A stretch of 15,467 nt of DNA from Candidatus Micrarchaeota archaeon (GTDB lineage: Archaea > Micrarchaeota > Micrarchaeia > Anstonellales > Anstonellaceae): contig DUFS01000073.1 of the NCBI GenBank assembly GCA_013331805.1, positions 3,315 through 18,781 on the forward strand. The letters are read 5' to 3'. The position numbers and the translations under genes are program-made. Positions 14,177-15,467 of the stretch are shown piece by piece (positions within the stretch are counted from its first letter, which is position 1; each line of letters starts with the position of its first letter). Below the pieces are notes generated by a model. The model searched no databases. It saw only the letters and a program-made list of their open reading frames with translations, and was not told the DNA's origin.

Positions 14177-15460
14177 ATGTCCCTGCTGATAAAAAATGCC
14201 TCGCTGCCGTCCGGAAAGAAAACCGATGTGCTGGTCGAGGGCGGCAAGATTTCTAAAATCGGAAGCTTCAGCTCGAACGCAGAGGAAAAGCTGGACGCAT
14301 CCGGCAAGCTCCTGATCCCCGGGCTCATAAACACGCACACGCACGCGGCAATGACCCTTTTTCGGGGCATTGCCGAGGACATGGAGCTTGCCAAATGGCT
14401 GTCATCAGTAAGGAGGGCGGAGATGCTCGTCACCCCTCCGCAGATCCGCGCTGGGACCGACCTCGCAATCCTTGAAATGATCAGGTCAGGCACCACCTGC
14501 TTTTCTGACATGTACTTCCACATGGATGAGGTGGCTGCATCCGTTTTGGAAAGCGGCATGCGTGCCGTGCTGGGCTACAGCATGGTGGACGGGGGCAATG
14601 CTGCGGGCACGCAGCAAAGCGCAAACGAGAAGAAAATGAATTCCGAGCTTTCGATTGCAGAAAAGTTCGTGAAAGATTGGCACGGCAAGGCAGAAGGAAG
14701 GATAACCTCCTCCATTCCGCCGCATTCGATCTACCTTTGCTCTGGCGAGCTTCTGAAAAAGTCGCATCAGCTTTCGGAAAAATACGGCGTTGTGCTTCAT
14801 ATCCACCTTTCTGAAACAAGGAAGGAGGTGTTTGACTGCCTAAAGGCGAACGGCAAGCGGCCTTCCCATTATCTTGATTCGCTTCGCGTGCTTTCCAGGC
14901 GCACTGTTGCCGCGCACTGCGTCTGGCTGACCAAGGAGGAAGTGAAGCTCCTTGCTGGCAAAGGCGTTTCAGCCTCGCTCAACCCGGTTTCCAACATGAA
15001 GCTTGCCGGGGGAGGCGCTTCGCCCATGCCCGAAATGCAGGAATCCGGCATGAACATTTCATTGGGGACGGACGGCTCTGCCTCCAACAACTCGCTTTCC
15101 ATGTTTGAAACCATCAAATTCGCTGCCCTTTTGCAGAAAAATGCGCGCTGGGACGCATCCGTGGCAAGCGCTGAAAGCGTTTTCCAGGCAGCCACCCTTG
15201 GCGGCGCGCGGGCTCTTGGGATTCCCGCAGGCGAAATAAAGGAGGGGAAGCTTGCGGACTTGGTGCTGGTGGATGCAGCGGCCCCGAACATGGTGCCTTC
15301 GCACAGCATTGTTGCCAATATTGCCTACGCAGCGCACGCGGGAAATGTCACAGACGTGATAATCAACGGGAAGGTTGTCATGCGCGAGAGGAAAGTGCTC
15401 ACAATGGACGAGGAAAAAATCGTGGAGAGGGCGCAAAAGGAGGCTGAGCGGCTTTCCTGA
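14177..15460 (+). CDS. mtaD: Amidohydrolase, MTA/SAH (or 5'-deoxyadenosine) deaminase-like
   Basis: PGLINTHTH metal motif, EMIRSGTTCFSDMYF, PHSIY, HIHLSET, AHCVWL, SNMKLA, GTDGSASNN and GKLADLV. Confidence 0.88.
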   Translation: MSLLIKNASLPSGKKTDVLVEGGKISKIGSFSSNAEEKLDASGKLLIPGLINTHTHAAMTLFRGIAEDMELAKWLSSVRRAEMLVTPPQIRAGTDLAILEMIRSGTTCFSDMYFHMDEVAASVLESGMRAVLGYSMVDGGNAAGTQQSANEKKMNSELSIAEKFVKDWHGKAEGRITSSIPPHSIYLCSGELLKKSHQLSEKYGVVLHIHLSETRKEVFDCLKANGKRPSHYLDSLRVLSRRTVAAHCVWLTKEEVKLLAGKGVSASLNPVSNMKLAGGGASPMPEMQESGMNISLGTDGSASNNSLSMFETIKFAALLQKNARWDASVASAESVFQAATLGGARALGIPAGEIKEGKLADLVLVDAAAPNMVPSHSIVANIAYAAHAGNVTDVIINGKVVMRERKVLTMDEEKIVERAQKEAERLS

Positions 15461-15467
15461 TTTCATC

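Overview
Gene-dense archaeal chromosomal segment. eS8, Cgi121, archaeal-type TrpRS, TATA boxes and GGAGG/GGTGA ribosome-binding sites point to archaea; a DPANN/Micrarchaeota-like origin is my inference. It holds 17 CDSs: hisS, thioredoxin, scpB, scpA, a hypothetical, a KaiC/RAD55-family ATPase with degenerate motifs, trpS, a CoaD-YjjX fusion, a GT2 glycosyltransferase, a membrane-anchored CxxC protein, a divergent pair of uncharacterised winged-helix proteins, cgi121, rps8e, a TctA/DUF112 permease, a membrane OB-fold-like protein and an MTA/SAH-deaminase-like amidohydrolase. I found no RNA genes, CRISPR array, transposase or integrase. The most striking signal is at three gene boundaries: tiny (about 45-66 bp) double-hairpin modules, each followed by an apparently displaced older version of the functional sequence it overlaps. 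rps8e is followed by two extra synonymously recoded copies of its own C-terminus (VVNGRLL*). The wHTH-repeat gene is followed by a recoded copy of its C-terminus (MRKPY). The scpB ribosome-binding site sits in a module sharing the ATG...CAGACAT...CC-NNCA-GG...ATG signature of the second locus. Together these suggest an undescribed 'gene-end replacing' micro-insertion system.
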